Source: Microbotryum violaceum
Lineage: Eukaryota
Assembly (NCBI GenBank): GCA_001244265.2
Contig: CDLV01000004.1
Span: forward strand, 1,302,001 to 1,366,000
Length of the DNA: 64,000 bases
Direction: 5' to 3'
Shown here: positions 62,501 through 64,000 of the stretch, piece after piece
Numbering within the stretch: the first letter of the stretch is position 1
Layout: each line of letters starts with the position of its first letter
Translations under genes and position numbers: made by a program
The notes under the pieces: model-generated
Seen by the model: the letters and a program-made list of their open reading frames with translations, nothing else
What the model was told of the DNA's origin: nothing
The model's database searches: none

Positions 62501-62918
62501 GCTTGATAATTCAAAGTGGGATCTTGGTTCGTCTCGATAGGTTGAGATCGAGCATAAGGATCGAATCCGAATTTGGCGGCCCTCTTCTCCCTCTTTAACC
62601 TCTTTTCCCTCTCCGCAGGTGATTCACCAGGTGCAGGTTTCCATTCCCCTTACCGTCCTCATCCATCCCTTTAGATTCTAAACCTCGACCACCTTTCGTG
62701 CTCAACGACGACGCGGAAATCAAACTCGATGTCGAAGCCACTGGATCTAAAATGGGATCCTCTTCGTCATCTTCGACTAGTAAAGCTTTTCGTTTATTCT
62801 TCCTTTGTTGAATCTTGAGTGCGGCATCATCCAAAGCTCGTTCTTCCAAAGGTAAGACGGTCGGAATTCCATTCGGGACGGTGGAAGAGTTGGGGTCAAA
62901 ACGTTTGATGTTGAACAT
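59594..62918 (-). CDS. DBP6: DEAD-box RNA helicase Dbp6/DDX51, multi-exon
   Basis: DVCVSAPTGSGKTL, PTRDLV, TPGRL, DEADRLL, KLLFSATL, YVHRVGRTARAG. Confidence 0.92.
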
Positions 62919-63769
62919 CTTGGAAGGGGGTCTGGGACGTAGATGCGGTAGATACGGGTGAGATGAAGCACAACCTATAGTAGTGTGAATAAGTGGGGGT
63001 CAGTTCAAAGTGATGCGATCGATGCCAAAGTGATTCTGGCTCACGAAGGAGATCGCGCAGGAGCGAGGAGCGGAGCAAACGAAAGTGGGTAAAGAAAGGT
63101 GTTGAAGCACACCTTACGGAGACGGTAGAGTTGGGGATTTGATGATATTATCGTCCGGGTAGGCTCGTGGACAGTTACGAGGCTCCTACACGGTCCAAAT
63201 TGCGAGTGATCGTGTCCAGAAGCGGAGAGTCGATCCGACGCCTGCGAAGTTGGTCGTCACTTTCCGCCAGTTTGCGCTTGGACCCGCTGGCCGAGTTGGC
63301 ACGTGATCGATCGACGCAACGGCGGTCGCCTTACCACTGTCTTTCAGTCCAACCATTGTACGAAGATCTGCGACTCTGGGTACACTACTACTACTATTTT
63401 TTTGAGTGAAATTGTGAATTGCGAAAATAACAGAAACCCAGAACGAAAGGACCTATCAGAACACATGGGGGCAACCAGGAAAGTTGGGCCGCTACCCATG
63501 TCCAGGGAGTTGCCGGCGAAGCGGAAAAATAAAAACATAAAAAAGAAAAAAGAAAAAAGAGAAGGAATGGAAGGAAAAATATGAGACGCCGGGAGGGACA
63601 CGATAATCGTGCGCGGAAAAAAAAGCAAAGAGAGACAAGAGTACTACTAAGTGGCGCCGGAGCGAACATGAGTTTCGCGCGAAAATAAAATAAAATAAAA
63701 TAAAAATAACAAAATAAAAAAATGACAGCACAGTCATGCCGCCAAGGCTACGCTTAGGCTTAGTTGCTC

Positions 63770-63905
63770 CATAGTTAGTTAGTTAACTATGTGTAAAATC
63801 CCACCTTCCAGCCATAACTATCTAACTATCAACTATGACCTAATAGTTAGTTAAACAACTATAGTTGGGATAGTTAACTATGAAAAACTATCAGAATGGC
63901 CCCTA
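63770..63905. repeat. Cluster of AACTAT/ATAGTT motifs in both orientations ending GGCCCTA; probable hAT-like transposon end
   Basis: About ten AACTAT/ATAGTT units within ~130 bp; the terminus reads TAGGGCC on the minus strand. Confidence 0.5.
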
Positions 63906-64000
63906 ATAATGACGCACGGCCGAGCGTCGTTGAGACGTTGAGGGCTTACCCAACACAATCACCACATACGGCTCAGCAGTATACAACAATTGTGTGGTTG

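Noticed and set aside
63390-63740. Hydrophobic or Lys-rich ORFs
   Set aside because: Translations of A-rich low-complexity non-coding DNA

Overview
Eukaryotic, intron-rich fungal DNA (GT-AG introns of about 60-120 nt with CTRAC-type branch points). Gene and transposon content point to a basidiomycete, most likely Pucciniomycotina/Microbotryum-like (inference). Host genes: 3' end of a flavin monooxygenase, a Tbf1-like telobox protein, a small secreted protein, an ARMT1/DUF89 phosphatase, bifunctional LKR/SDH (AASS), a SAM methyltransferase, a VHS-GAT protein, mitochondrial uL6, an Msb1/Mug8-domain protein and DBP6. Roughly half the window is decayed mobile DNA: an 8-kb two-gene TIR element with CCTAC ends, three members of an AGGACCCC-TIR family (one with a perfect 8-bp TSD), a DUF6589-like gene bounded by ~90-bp TIRs, a KDZ (CxC1) remnant, a LINE, a Ty1/copia with RIP-like mutations, LTRs and a Helitron. 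Best candidates for novelty: (i) structural evidence that a DUF6589-like protein is the transposase of a TIR element, (ii) different DNA transposons stacked end-to-end a few bp apart at two independent sites, and (iii) a 432-nt structured first intron in the lysine-catabolic gene. All family assignments come from motif recognition by eye, not database searches.
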